64,000 bases of DNA from Peribolospora baueri. Taxonomy: Eukaryota. Position 1 is the stretch's first letter; the number at the start of each line of letters is the position of its first letter. The stretch covers positions 124,001 to 188,000 of the forward strand of contig JAMDHS010000012.1 of NCBI GenBank assembly GCA_029717555.1. Direction: 5' to 3'. The notes under the pieces were generated by a model that saw nothing but the letters and a program-made list of their open reading frames with translations, did no database searches and was not told where the DNA came from. Below, piece by piece: positions 1 through 10,566 of this stretch. The translations under genes and the position numbers were made by a program.

Positions 1-164
1 GGATTGGATACATTGTCGATGTACGTGACACGAGAGAAGAGCTTGTAAGGCACGGCGGGGTCGAGGAACCATTTCAAAGAAACGAAGGGCACAAAGCCAA
101 ACTGGACGCGGAAGGATGGGACACAAATAAGGACAAGGACAGACGATTGCACCAACGCAAGGGT

Positions 165-1598
165 TCAAGCGGCGACGGCGACGGGCTTGCTCTCCGTCAG
201 CGTCTCCATGCCCTCGCCTTTGCCGTTCAACACGTTGAGATCTACGAGCGCGCTGTCCACCTCCTCGCCCCTCTCCTTCCTCAAGGCCTTGACGGCGCGG
301 CACTCCTGCACAAAGTCGGAGAACATGCCGATCGTGTCCAGGGGTCCTCCCGCCGACTCGGGGTGGAACTGCACGCCCCAGATCTTCTTGCCCGAATCGT
401 TCGTGCTCTTCACACCCTCCACCGAAGCGTCATTGGCGTTGATGAAGAAGGGCTCCCAGCCGTCGGGGAACTTGTCCTCGAGCGTGAGGGCATACTGGTG
501 GTTCTGGCTCGTAATGTAGCATCGGCCCGCTTTAATCGAGGCAGCGTCGGCGAGGGCGAGCACGGGCTGGTTGTGGCCGCGATTGCCGAAGCGCATGCGG
601 TGTGTCTTGAGACCGGCGGCCATGCCGATAATCTGGTTGCCCATGCAGATGCCAAAGATGGGTCGCTCGCCCCATTCTGGCGAGTTCATCACCTTGCGCA
701 CATTGGACGCTGCCAGGCTGCAGTGCTGCGGGTCGCCAGGACCGTTGGAGAGAAAGAGACCGTCGAAGGAAGACATGATCGTCGACATGTCCGTGTCCCA
801 CGGCAGCACGGTCACAGACGCGCCGCGACGGACGAGCGAGCGGAGGATGTTGGCCTTGGTGCCGAAGTCGAGCACGGCGATCTTGACGTCGCCGGTGGGG
901 TTGAGCGTGTAGGCCTGCTTGGTGGACACCTTGGCCACCTGGTTGTCTTCCGTCGGGTCCCAGTACTCGCTCACGGGGTCGAGGTGCGAGGGTCCGACAG
1001 CGAGCTTACCGAGCGTGGTGCCTTGCTCGCGAAGGACGCTCGTGATGGCGCGCGTGTCGACGCCGGTGATGCCCGGGATGCCGTAGCGGTGGCACCACTC
1101 TGACAGGCTGTTTACGGCGGTGTAGTGGCTGTACCGGTCCGCGAGGTCAGCCACGATCACACCGGCGACCTGAACTTTACGCGACTCGAGGAGACATCCG
1201 ACGTCGATGCCGTCACCGAAGCCGTACGAGCCACTGGCGGAGGGCGAGGCATAGTTGTCCGGGACGCCGTAGTTGCCGATCATGGGTGTGGTGAAGACGA
1301 GGATCTGGCCGTCGTACGACGGGTCTGTCAGAGACTCAGTGTAGGAGGTGATCGAGGTGGAGAAGACGGTCTCTCCGAACGACGAACGAGGGGCGCCGAA
1401 CGCACGGCCGGTGAACTTCTCGCCCGACTTGAGATGCAGCGTTGCGGGTAGGTGAGGGTGCGAAGGCGGCTGGGTGGACGGGCGATAGCCGGACTCGACG
1501 GTAGCGAAGGCGCGAGAAGGGCCAACGGTCGCACGAGCGAAGACGGCCGAACGAAGGACGCCGACGTTCGCAGCGCTGGGACGGAGGAGGGCAATCAT
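165..1598 (-). CDS. CPA1: Arginine-specific carbamoyl-phosphate synthase small (glutaminase) subunit, mitochondrial precursor
   Basis: Uninterrupted 477-aa ORF. It has an N-terminal mitochondrial-type presequence, CPSase small-chain motifs (GETVFSTSITSYTESLTDPSYDGQILVFTTPMIGNYG, GVDTRAIT) and class I GATase motifs (SNGPGDP, FGICMGNQ, SQNHQYA, VQFHPE). Confidence 0.97.
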   Translation of the reverse strand: MIALLRPSAANVGVLRSAVFARATVGPSRAFATVESGYRPSTQPPSHPHLPATLHLKSGEKFTGRAFGAPRSSFGETVFSTSITSYTESLTDPSYDGQILVFTTPMIGNYGVPDNYASPSASGSYGFGDGIDVGCLLESRKVQVAGVIVADLADRYSHYTAVNSLSEWCHRYGIPGITGVDTRAITSVLREQGTTLGKLAVGPSHLDPVSEYWDPTEDNQVAKVSTKQAYTLNPTGDVKIAVLDFGTKANILRSLVRRGASVTVLPWDTDMSTIMSSFDGLFLSNGPGDPQHCSLAASNVRKVMNSPEWGERPIFGICMGNQIIGMAAGLKTHRMRFGNRGHNQPVLALADAASIKAGRCYITSQNHQYALTLEDKFPDGWEPFFINANDASVEGVKSTNDSGKKIWGVQFHPESAGGPLDTIGMFSDFVQECRAVKALRKERGEEVDSALVDLNVLNGKGEGMETLTESKPVAVAA

Positions 1599-1676
1599 TC
1601 TGCTTATTTGAGAGAGAGGGGTTGGAAGATAGTTGAAGAAAGAAGACGAAGAACTGGCGTTGCCTGTTTGTCAAGT

Positions 1677-2038
1677 TCAAATGTAACCGAGACTCTTGTA
1701 GCTGAAACCCGAGGGAGCAAAGAGGGGGGGTTTAACAGGGACGGGTGAGCATGGAGAAACTCTGGCAAAAGCACGGCGGCTCCCGTCACTCACACAGCGT
1801 CGGAAATGTAACTGGTTAGAAGAGGAAGGAAAGGAAGACAAGGAAGGAAGGAAGGAAGGAAGGAAAGGATGAGCGGTCCGTAGACTCGATGGGGGCCATG
1901 CTCTTCGATGATGATAAGGTCGTGCTCGCGGTCGCCGTGCTGGACACGGGGCACGCCGTTGCGCAAGGAGCGGGCAGGCTCGAGCGAGCCATGGGCGCGG
2001 ACTACTCACTCGTCGCGAGTGTTTTGAGCGAACACCAT
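1677..2038 (-). CDS. Spliced uORF encoding an arginine attenuator peptide (AAP) homologue, 23 aa
   Basis: Exons 2038-2010 (29 nt), 1811-1794 (18 nt) and 1701-1677 (25 nt), joined at GTGAGT...CAG introns, give MVFAQNTRDDYISDAVYKSLGYI*. This aligns with yeast CPA1 AAP (TCQDYISDHIWKT) and Neurospora arg-2 AAP (TSQDYLSDHLWRAL). The stop lies 78 nt upstream of the CPA1 ATG. Confidence 0.9.
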
Positions 2039-2992
2039 CGAGTGGTCGACGGGGAGGGCCGGGTGGAGAAGCTAAGAAGGCGGGAGGGTGCTGAGGTGGT
2101 GGTGGTGCGAAAGAGCGATGCAGAACGAAGAAGGGGTTCGTTTCGCTTGACTCTTCCTCGTCCCCCTTTTTTCTTCTTCCTCCATTCCGGCCGCTCCCAT
2201 TGGCTCCGGCGCGCAGGAGGACGCCTATCGCGGCCGCAAGTATACGTGTACCGCGCGTACGAAAGTACAAAAGTAGATTACGTGGATCGCAAGTGAGAGC
2301 GAACGTCGGATTACAGCCGCCGTAAGTGCGACATTGGCTTACGTGACCTGCGCCGCAAGTAGAGTATGCATATACGCAAAGTAGATTATCAGCGTGTGCA
2401 GCACTGCTGTCAGCCGGAGAGAGGCGAAGGCCGATCGGAAGAGAAGAGGCGGCAACAGGCAGACGAGCAGAGCAAAGAAAGACAGACAGGCAAGGCGACC
2501 GAAGACAAGACCCGCGCGAAGACCGACCGGACCGACCGTCGACCACCATCACCTCCTTGTGGACGACGAACGACGACGGAGACCATCCTCGTCTGACCCC
2601 CTCTTGCTATCCGTGAGTTACACCACCATCCACAGCTCCGCCCTGCCGTCGCCATAGCTCGCGGCGGGCGGGCGGACGGACGGACGAGCGCATGTGGACG
2701 GGAGGAAGGAGAGAAGGAAGGAGGGACAGAAGGAAGGAGTGAAGGACGGAAGGAAGGAAGGAAGGGAATAAGGAAGGATGCACGGATGACGAAGAGCGAG
2801 GCGAGAGAGGAGGAAGGGAAGGGAGGAGGAAGAACATGTCCGGCAGGCACATGACATGATGACCATTGCGCGCATGCAGAAAGAACCAGTCGCACTTCAC
2901 TCACCGCCGCGCCCATCTTGCTCGCCACCCTTCCCTCACAGCCCTCTCTTCCATCGTTCCTCCAGCACACGCAAGGGAACATCAGCTCCTTC

Positions 2993-5186
2993 ATGTCCAC
3001 AACCCCATCCGGCCAGCCGTCCCAGTCGACACAGGCGAATGCAAAACCGAGCCTAGCAGGCGTCAGGCTCAAGGCCAGGAAGGGCGTCCAGCGCTCCCAG
3101 GCAAAGTACGAACCAGACGGTGAGTGACGGCGTCGTCTCAACGATCCCTCGTCGGCTTCTGCGGTCGACCCCGCTTTGGATGCTTGCGTCCATGCATGGC
3201 AAGGTTCATCGATGGACGGATGGACGGATGGGTGGATGGGCCCACGTCTGCAGGAGGAAGGCCGGGTAATCGGAAAAGAGGGGGAGAGAGGGCCCGGGTT
3301 TGGAGGCCGGATCCCTTCGTTCCCTTAGACCTTGGAGCTCACCGGAGTCGTCGTCGTCTCACTCCCTGTCTGTCGCACAGTGTTCCGGGATCAACTCTAC
3401 AAGCAACTAGAATCAGTGCCCCCCTCCGACTTTGACGCCATCACTCTAAAGCTCGACCAAGCCGGCAACACCCTCGACTATCGCCGATATGCTGACCCGC
3501 TGTTCGAGATCTTCCTCGTCGGTGGCCTGCTCGCCCCTGGAGGGCAGTTCGTCGATGACGACGCCCCGCCTAGCCCTTTCAGCATCGCCAACGTCAAGGA
3601 ACCCGTTGACGTTGCAGAGGTGAAGAAATACATCGACGTTCTCAACAAGCTCATTCGGAGGTCAGTCGCCCGTTCGTCCCGACGGCCCTAGCGTATTTTG
3701 TTGCTTTCCCCTAGGCTGAACGGCCCCCGTCCCCCCCTCCATGTCTTCCATCCTCCCTGGACGCCCACAGGTACAAATACCTTCAGAAGCCTCTCGAGGA
3801 GTCGACGCTCAAAGGCGTGCTCCAGTACATCAACCGCTTCTCCAAGGAGCTCGACGAGAAACTGGCCATCGCCACAGCGCTCATGATGTCTACCGGTCTC
3901 GTCAGCGCCAGCGTTCTGTCCACCTTGCAGAAGGAACATCTGGTTAAAGATGGTGAGCGTTGTGGGTGCCTAATGGGGAGCCGGTCGTTGTGCGCCCGTA
4001 GATGTTTCGCATTCTTATCGAATGGGGCTCTCCCGCGTCAGACCTGGCACTCCACTTCATCGACCAGGTCTTCCGTACCTACCTGAACGAAGCTTCCATC
4101 GACCACCTTGCTGCGTCGCTGAAGCGGGGCGGCATCTACGATCTCCTCCTCTTTTGGCCCACCACCAAGCGCGACGATTCTTCCGTCGTCGTTCGCCACT
4201 TTAAGGAGGTCGGCTTGCCCCAGGTCGCTGAGCATTGGCAGAGGAGGCAGGTCAACGCGATCAAGGAGCAGACGTTGGAGGGGCTCAAGGAAATGGTCAG
4301 GAATGAAGAAGAGCCTAAGGACGTGAGTTTGAGCTTGGAGCTGTCTAGACGACTTTGGTGGGCGACCGCTCACCTCCCTTTGCCTATTTTCGCCGTCTTT
4401 GGGCCGGCAGATCATCGCGAACCTCAGGGGACAGCTTGCGGTTCACCCGATCGCCGAGCATGACTTTGTCTCCCTCGTCTGGCAGGGTCTCATGGACGGC
4501 GTCGATTGGAGCTCGAGGTCGGATCAGATCGAGGCTTTCTGTCTCAAGGAGGTGAACGTGAGTGGACAGGGGTGGATGGATTCGTTGGTTCAACGACCAC
4601 TTGGGCAGCGACGTGCTTTTCGAATCGCCTCGTGCCGTGCCGTGCCGTGCCGTGCCATGGCGAACCATTTGCTCACTTTTGTCCGTGACTCGACGGCCCG
4701 GTCAGAAAAACTCGCCGATCTTGGAAGCGTTCACAAAGGGCGCGCGTACCGAAGTGGCGCTCATCTGCGCGATTCAGGTGTACTGCTACGAGGACACGAG
4801 GATCATCAAGACGTTCCCTCAGATCTTGAAGGTGAGTGGTCGGAGTCGGTGAACCGGACCGGGGGTGAGTGAAGTGCTGACGGTTTGCGGTTTTTCGTCG
4901 TTCGGCTCGGCTGGCAGGTACTGTACAACCGCGACGTGATTTCGGACCAAGCGATCCTGTACTGGGCGCAGAAGGGCTCGAAGCCGCAGGGAAGGCAGCA
5001 CTTCCTCAAGGCGACTGAGCTGCTGGTCAAGGTGCGTTTCGGTGTATGGCGAGGCGAGCTCGCTATCGTGCCGTCTAAGCGTCGGTTTCGGTCTATGGGT
5101 CGGACGTCATTGACTCGACCATCGTCTCATGACCGATCCAGTTCCTCCAAGAGCAGGACGACAGCGACGAAGAGGAGGAGGAGTAG
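2993..5186 (+). CDS. eIF5-mimic protein (5MP/BZW family, C-terminal W2 domain), multi-exon
   Basis: Exon translations KPSLAGVRLKARKG...YEPD, VFRDQL...LDYRRYADPLFEIFLVGGLLAPGG, LICAIQVYCYED and LYNRDVISDQAILYWAQKGSKPQGRQHFLK, plus an acidic tail (FLQEQDDSDEEEEE*), match BZW1/2 (5MP). Confidence 0.9.
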
Positions 5187-5415
5187 GAGCGGACTGCGAC
5201 GTGAAGCGTTCGATTTGCAGGAGCACCCGCCGGTGGGAGGCGAGCGAGCTTGGAAGGGGTACCTCGGCGTCATCGTCATGGTGATACGGTCCGGTAGGAC
5301 GTGAAGGATGCGGGGAGAAAGAGGAGGTGACTTGTAACGGATGTGTCGGTTTGAATGTCCATCGGAGGTGTGCTCCACAAAAATCGTCCCATCCTCGTTT
5401 GACACACAGTCCAAT

Positions 5416-5766
5416 CCATGAAATGATCCTCCTAACTGAACAGAAACAAACTGAACCGATTGGGATTGCATTGACGGACGAACGAAGTCGACGTTGGCAC
5501 ACCAAGGTAGAAGATGATGATCATCATCTCCGTCGGGATAAATGGATCGATAGATATTTAGATGGACACAAGATTGCGATTCACATCCTCTTCCTCCTCG
5601 CTTCCTTCACGTCATCGGACCGCACGACGACGACGCCGACGAGGCCATGAAATAATCGAATCGAAACGAACTGAACCGGTTGGGATTGCATTGACACCAA
5701 GGTAGGTAAGATGATGATGATGATGATCATCATCATCATCATGTCCGTCAGGATAAATGGATGGAT
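5416..5766. repeat. Imperfect direct duplication (about 5416-5551 and 5645-5766) containing a 32-bp perfect palindrome at 5711-5742
   Basis: Both copies share CCATGAAAT, AACTGAACCG(A/G)TTGGGATTGCATTGAC, ACACCAAGGTAG, AAGATGATGA and TCCGTC(G/A)GGATAAATGGAT. The second copy has ATGATGATGATGATGA|TCATCATCATCATCAT. Confidence 0.8.
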
Positions 5767-6652
5767 CCCTTCCCTTCGCTTCACTTCTTTGCGTCTCTGC
5801 TTTGCGTTGTAGCAAGCGACCGCATCGCGCAGGCACGGCCGTTTTCGATCGACGCGCGCCCGTCTGTGTTTGTGTGTTTGTCTCAGTGCCGGCCAGGGGA
5901 GGGAGGGTTATTGGAGCGGCGCGACATGATATGATATGGCATGGCATGGCATGGCGAGGCGAGACGAGACGAGACGAGGCCAAGAGGGCGGATAAAAAAA
6001 TAAAAAGTAAAATTCAGGTTGGTAGTCAGGCACGGCGGTGATGGAGGACGGATGACGGATGAGGTGACGAAGGCGTGAGTGGGAGCGGTGCGCGCGTGGG
6101 CGGAGCGCGTCGCGACGCGGAGGCGGAAGGGAGGCGGGGCGAGGGAGGGAGGCAGTCCGTTTTCGTTTTCGTTTGTGGGAGGGACGGACGGACAGACGGA
6201 TAGAGGGGACGAGGGGCTGTCGCGGCGATGGCATGTATGTACGTGACGGCGACGAAGGCGACACAGGACGCGCATAGAGAGGACACGGATGGACATTCAC
6301 GTCGACCGACACGACACGCGCCCGCGCCATGTCGACGACGACGACGACGACGACGATGACGCCCAGCCCGCTCGCTCGTGCCACGGCCCCTGCGTTGAAG
6401 CCAGCGGGAGCGGGACCTGGTGCGGAGCGTCCGGTCGTCCGACGAACCGAGCCGTCCGGACGGTCGTGCGCATAGGTGGGCTGGCCGTCGTCGCTCACCG
6501 GCGCGCTCGCGGGGGCTCTTTGGTCGTATGCTGGACTGGAGGGATACGGAATGCGTGCATGCGGTGCGATCCTCGACTCCATTTCGGGCTCGGATTTTAT
6601 TTTGTTCTATTCGTCGTCGTCGGTCGTCTTCGTTCGTCGTCGTCGTCGACCT

Positions 6653-6695
<43 letters not shown>

Positions 6696-7503
6696 CTCGT
6701 CGTCTTCCTTCATGCCCGCTCGCAGGTTCCGGCTCGTCGGCTCGTCGGCTCGACGGCGCGTCTGTGTGTGTCGTCGAGGCGCGTCCCGGCCGGGCGGCGA
6801 GGAGGGGCAGGAACTAGCCAGCCAAAGCAGCCAGCCAGCGGGCAGGCCCAAAGTCAGGCCAGGCCAAGCCAGTCAGAACCGAAGCTGAGGGAAGCAGAGT
6901 CACGCGAGTCCAGACCGCGACCGAGACCGGGCGGGCCGGGCGGGGAGAGAAGAAAGAGGGAGGCGAGGCGGGCGGGGCATGGACGGACGGACGAGGAAGG
7001 CGAGGCGAGGAGGCGATGGTCGGATGATGACGACGGCGTTCAACGACGACGACAACGACAACGACAACGACACCCATCTATCCACCTTCCTCCTCTTTCT
7101 CTTCCTCTTGCCTCCCTTCCACCACCACCCCACCGCACCCACCAATTCCCCCACGCTCCTTTCTTCCTCCACACGCAGATTTCGCGTCGTAGATCATCCG
7201 TCCGCCCTAAGAGACTCACGATCAGGACTAGCGCCCGGTCCCCGTCCCATCACCCACTACACTACTCCCCCCCACCACATGATTCTCCCCGTTCCCCTTC
7301 CCTCTCTCTTTTTCTAAGACGCTCCCTCTTCGAGCGCCCCTCGGATACCCCACACCCACACCCTCTTTACAGCGCACAACACGCGTAGGCGACAAGACAA
7401 GCACGGGACGAGCGCGATACACCCTGCGCAACGCATACACGCATTCGCATTTGCATACACAAGCAGTCCAGCCCACGCCTGAGGCATAGAACAAAGAAAA
7501 AAA

Positions 7504-10030
7504 ATGGTCAGGCCGCCACCCCCGCTCTACGGCAACATCCACGCCACGACGAGCACAGATGCCTTCATGAACGACGTGCCCCCGACGCCGCATACTCCTC
7601 AGACGCCGCGCACGCCTAACCTGCCCCTCTCCCCCGGCCGGTGGGAGACCACGCCGCTCTCCTCGCCCTATCGCGACGATCCCTCCAACGCCAGCCAGTA
7701 CTCCCTCCTCGCCGCAAAGGAGGGATGGCCCCCCTCGCCCACCGTCCCCAGCACCCCCGGCACGCCGTCCACCTTTCCAAGGGGTAGCAGAGGCAGCTAC
7801 GGCGGCACGCCCCTCGTCGCCTTCCAGGTCTACGACGCACCCGCCAAAGGAGGGAAGAAGACCCTCTTCGGCAAGCCCCTCTGGGCCGTCCTCGGCTTGA
7901 TCTTGGGCGGCATCGTCATCGTCGCCGTCGCCGTGGGCGTCGGCGTCTCCCTCGCCGTCTCCAACTCCCGTCATTATGCCACCTCGGCCGCTACCCAGAC
8001 CAGCGGAGGCGCCGTCGGCCCGAACGCGAACAAGACGGGAGACGCGCTCAAGACGCTCCCTCGGTGGGACTGGACGTCGACGGACCAAAAGGTCATCGGC
8101 GTCGGCCTAGGCAGCTGGCTCGTCGTCGAGAGGTGGCTCAACGAGGACTGGTTCGTCCAGCAAGCCGGTCCCGACGCCTGGGACGAGTGGTCCTTTTCTC
8201 AGATCCTCGGCCAGGACAAGGCGAAACAGGTCCTGGCGGAGCACTGGGATACCTGGTGCGTTTCGCCATCGTTCATCGACATGGGTCGAATTTCCGTCTT
8301 CCGTCGGCCGAGTTCGATCGATTTTTCCCCGTTCCTCCATGGACCGTATCCGCTCACCGACCCTCCTTCACACAGGGTCACCGAGGACATGTTCGATACC
8401 TTCAAGCAATACGGCATCAACACCGTCCGTATCCCCACCGGCTTTTGGGCGTGGATCCCGACCGCCCCGGGCGAACCCTACGTCGCCCAAGCCGGCCAAC
8501 TGGATCGTGTCGAGAGGGCCCTGAGGTTAGCGCTTTTTTCTCATCGCTAATAAACGAGGCATCCGCCCTGAGCTCATCTCGCATTCCTTCCATCCATCAG
8601 CTGGGCTCACGACCGCGGCATGTACGTGCTCATCGACCTGCACGGTATGCCCGGAAACCAAGACGGCGATCAACTCACCGGTCACAATACCAGCCAGGTA
8701 CGTCGTAGGGTGAAGCGGACGACCAGGTTGTCCCATCCTCTCATCTCATCTCCTCTTCCCCTTGACGCGTGCGTGCCCCCTCTCCGCAGATCGAGTTCTT
8801 CACGCCGGAGAACCAGGTGCGAGCGGATGCGATGCTGCGCGCGGCAATCGACTGGGTCGAGAAATCGCCGTACAGGAGCGCCATCAGCGGCCTCGCCATC
8901 TGTAACGAGCCTCGTCCGTGAGTGGGCGGGACGGCGAATCCCCGCACCCGGTACCAAAGCTCTGACCTGCTTTCGTCCCTCCCGACGACAGCACTTCCAA
9001 TATTAACTTTGCTGTCCTCCGCGCCTACTACGACCGCGCTTGGGCAGCAATCACGAACATGAGCGACCCCGTTCGTGAGTTCAGTCTTCCCGTCGTCCTA
9101 CAACGCGTTTTTTGTCTTGTGCTCACATAGATCGTACCTTTCCTTTCCTTTCCTTTCCTTTTCGCCATCGTCGACCGACCGACGCTGACCTGCGATAGCC
9201 ATGCTTTTCCACCACGGCTACCCGCACGACGGCGCGCCACAGGCGGATCGTTTGGCATACTGGCTTGACTGGGTGCAGGGCAAGGATCCACATCTGCTCG
9301 TGATGGAGGACCACCCGTACCCGGGCATGTTCCCGCCCCAAACCGACATGGGAAGCATCACGGGACAAGTGTGCTCCAACTCGCAGCACTATGAGGGATA
9401 CCCCATCCCCATCGCTATCACCGAGTGGTCCGTCGCCAGCGGCATCGCGTACAATTTGGGTTGGGACGCACAGTTTTACGCTCAGCAGCTCCAGTCGTAC
9501 TCGTGGTCTGGCGGTGAGTATGGTCGAGCTAGTGTCGCCACCGACCGGCATGGCGTACGTACGTACCGACGAGGTCGTCATTACTTAACTCCTGCCTTGT
9601 TCGCCTTCCATGGGTCACGTTCTGTTCAGGTTCCACGTTCTGGAGCCACAAGAGCACCAACTCATCCAACCCTGTTCTCGCCGCCGCGCCGTATATCATG
9701 TTCGGCTACTCCTTCCTTGACCTCGTCGCCGCCGGTGTCATCCCCAAGGCCACCTCGCTCACCGTCGGAAAGTCAGGCTACCAAAGCTACATGAATGCCC
9801 TGCCCGCCCAGAATGCGTGCGGCCCGAACCCGGGCGAGGGCTGGGCCAACATTACCACCTCGCCGACCACCACCACCGTCGGCGCCGTCCAGTCCGCCGC
9901 AGCCGCCCCCCTCTCCGTATGGCCGAGCCTGTCGACCACCCCGTGGGCGCCCGGGACGAAATCGGGCGTCACCTGGCCCCGCAGGACGGCCGGGGCCGGG
10001 GTCGGTCCGCGGCGGAAGAAGCACCATTGA
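7504..10030 (+). CDS. Glycoside hydrolase family 5, exo-beta-1,3-glucanase-like, type II membrane anchored, multi-exon
   Basis: Pro-rich N-terminus and one TM segment (LWAVLGLILGGIVIVAVAVGVGVSL). GH5 motifs GVGLGSWLVVERW, DEWSFSQ, GINTVRIPTGFW and LIDLHGMPGNQ. Catalytic acid/base ICNEPR and nucleophile ITEWS. Confidence 0.9.
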
Positions 10031-10566
10031 AACGCCTGCCCGCTCAGGTGTGACTTTGCGTCGCGCCCTCCGGCGCTTGACTGGGCTGGCTGGCTCGATG
10101 CGCCTCCAGCTCGGTTCGCTCTCGAGATTATTCTTCTTCTTCTTTTTTTTGCGGTGCCTTGTTTTCCTCCCCTCTCCTCTCTAACTCTTCTCTCATCGCG
10201 CTGGACACTCCCTGGAACACTCCCTCTCTTCTGTCTTCTCACCTCACCTCTCGCTCTCGCTCTTCGCTCTCCTCTCCTCGTCACACCTTGTCGCTTTCGC
10301 ATTCACTCATGCGCGCCTCCCTCCTGTCTCGACGCCGTGCCGTGCCGTGTAACTAAAGTAGGATTGGGGGGGGGTTTGGAGCGGAGCCGGATCTGTCCTT
10401 TCACTACCTCTCTGTTTGTTTTTACTCTCCGCCTCCCCTCATCCCGTGTACTTTTTTTTTTTTTTTCTTGATCGTTTCTCGACCGAGTTACAAGTAGGAA
10501 CACTCCGGTACAAGTACTATCGCCGCTCCTCCCACCGCACCGCCGCCACGTGCCAAAAAAGCGAAT

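Noticed and set aside
147..1103. 318-aa plus-strand ORF and many similar long ORFs opposite real genes
   Set aside because: These are antisense shadows of CPA1 and other GC-rich coding regions, with no independent protein signature.
2148..2153. TGACTC Gcn4/Cpc1-like site upstream of the CPA1 leader
   Set aside because: Biologically plausible, but a single 6-mer is expected by chance and needs conservation evidence.
1677..2552. 291-aa minus-strand ORF upstream of CPA1
   Set aside because: It is low-complexity read-through of promoter and intron sequence. Only its last codons (YKSLGYI) belong to the spliced AAP uORF.
5908..7388. Overlapping ORFs of 200-320 aa between 5MP and GH5
   Set aside because: They are dominated by (GAC)n/(GTC)n and 9-bp microsatellites with no recognisable domain or splice structure. 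A small gene at 6582 (minus strand) cannot be excluded.
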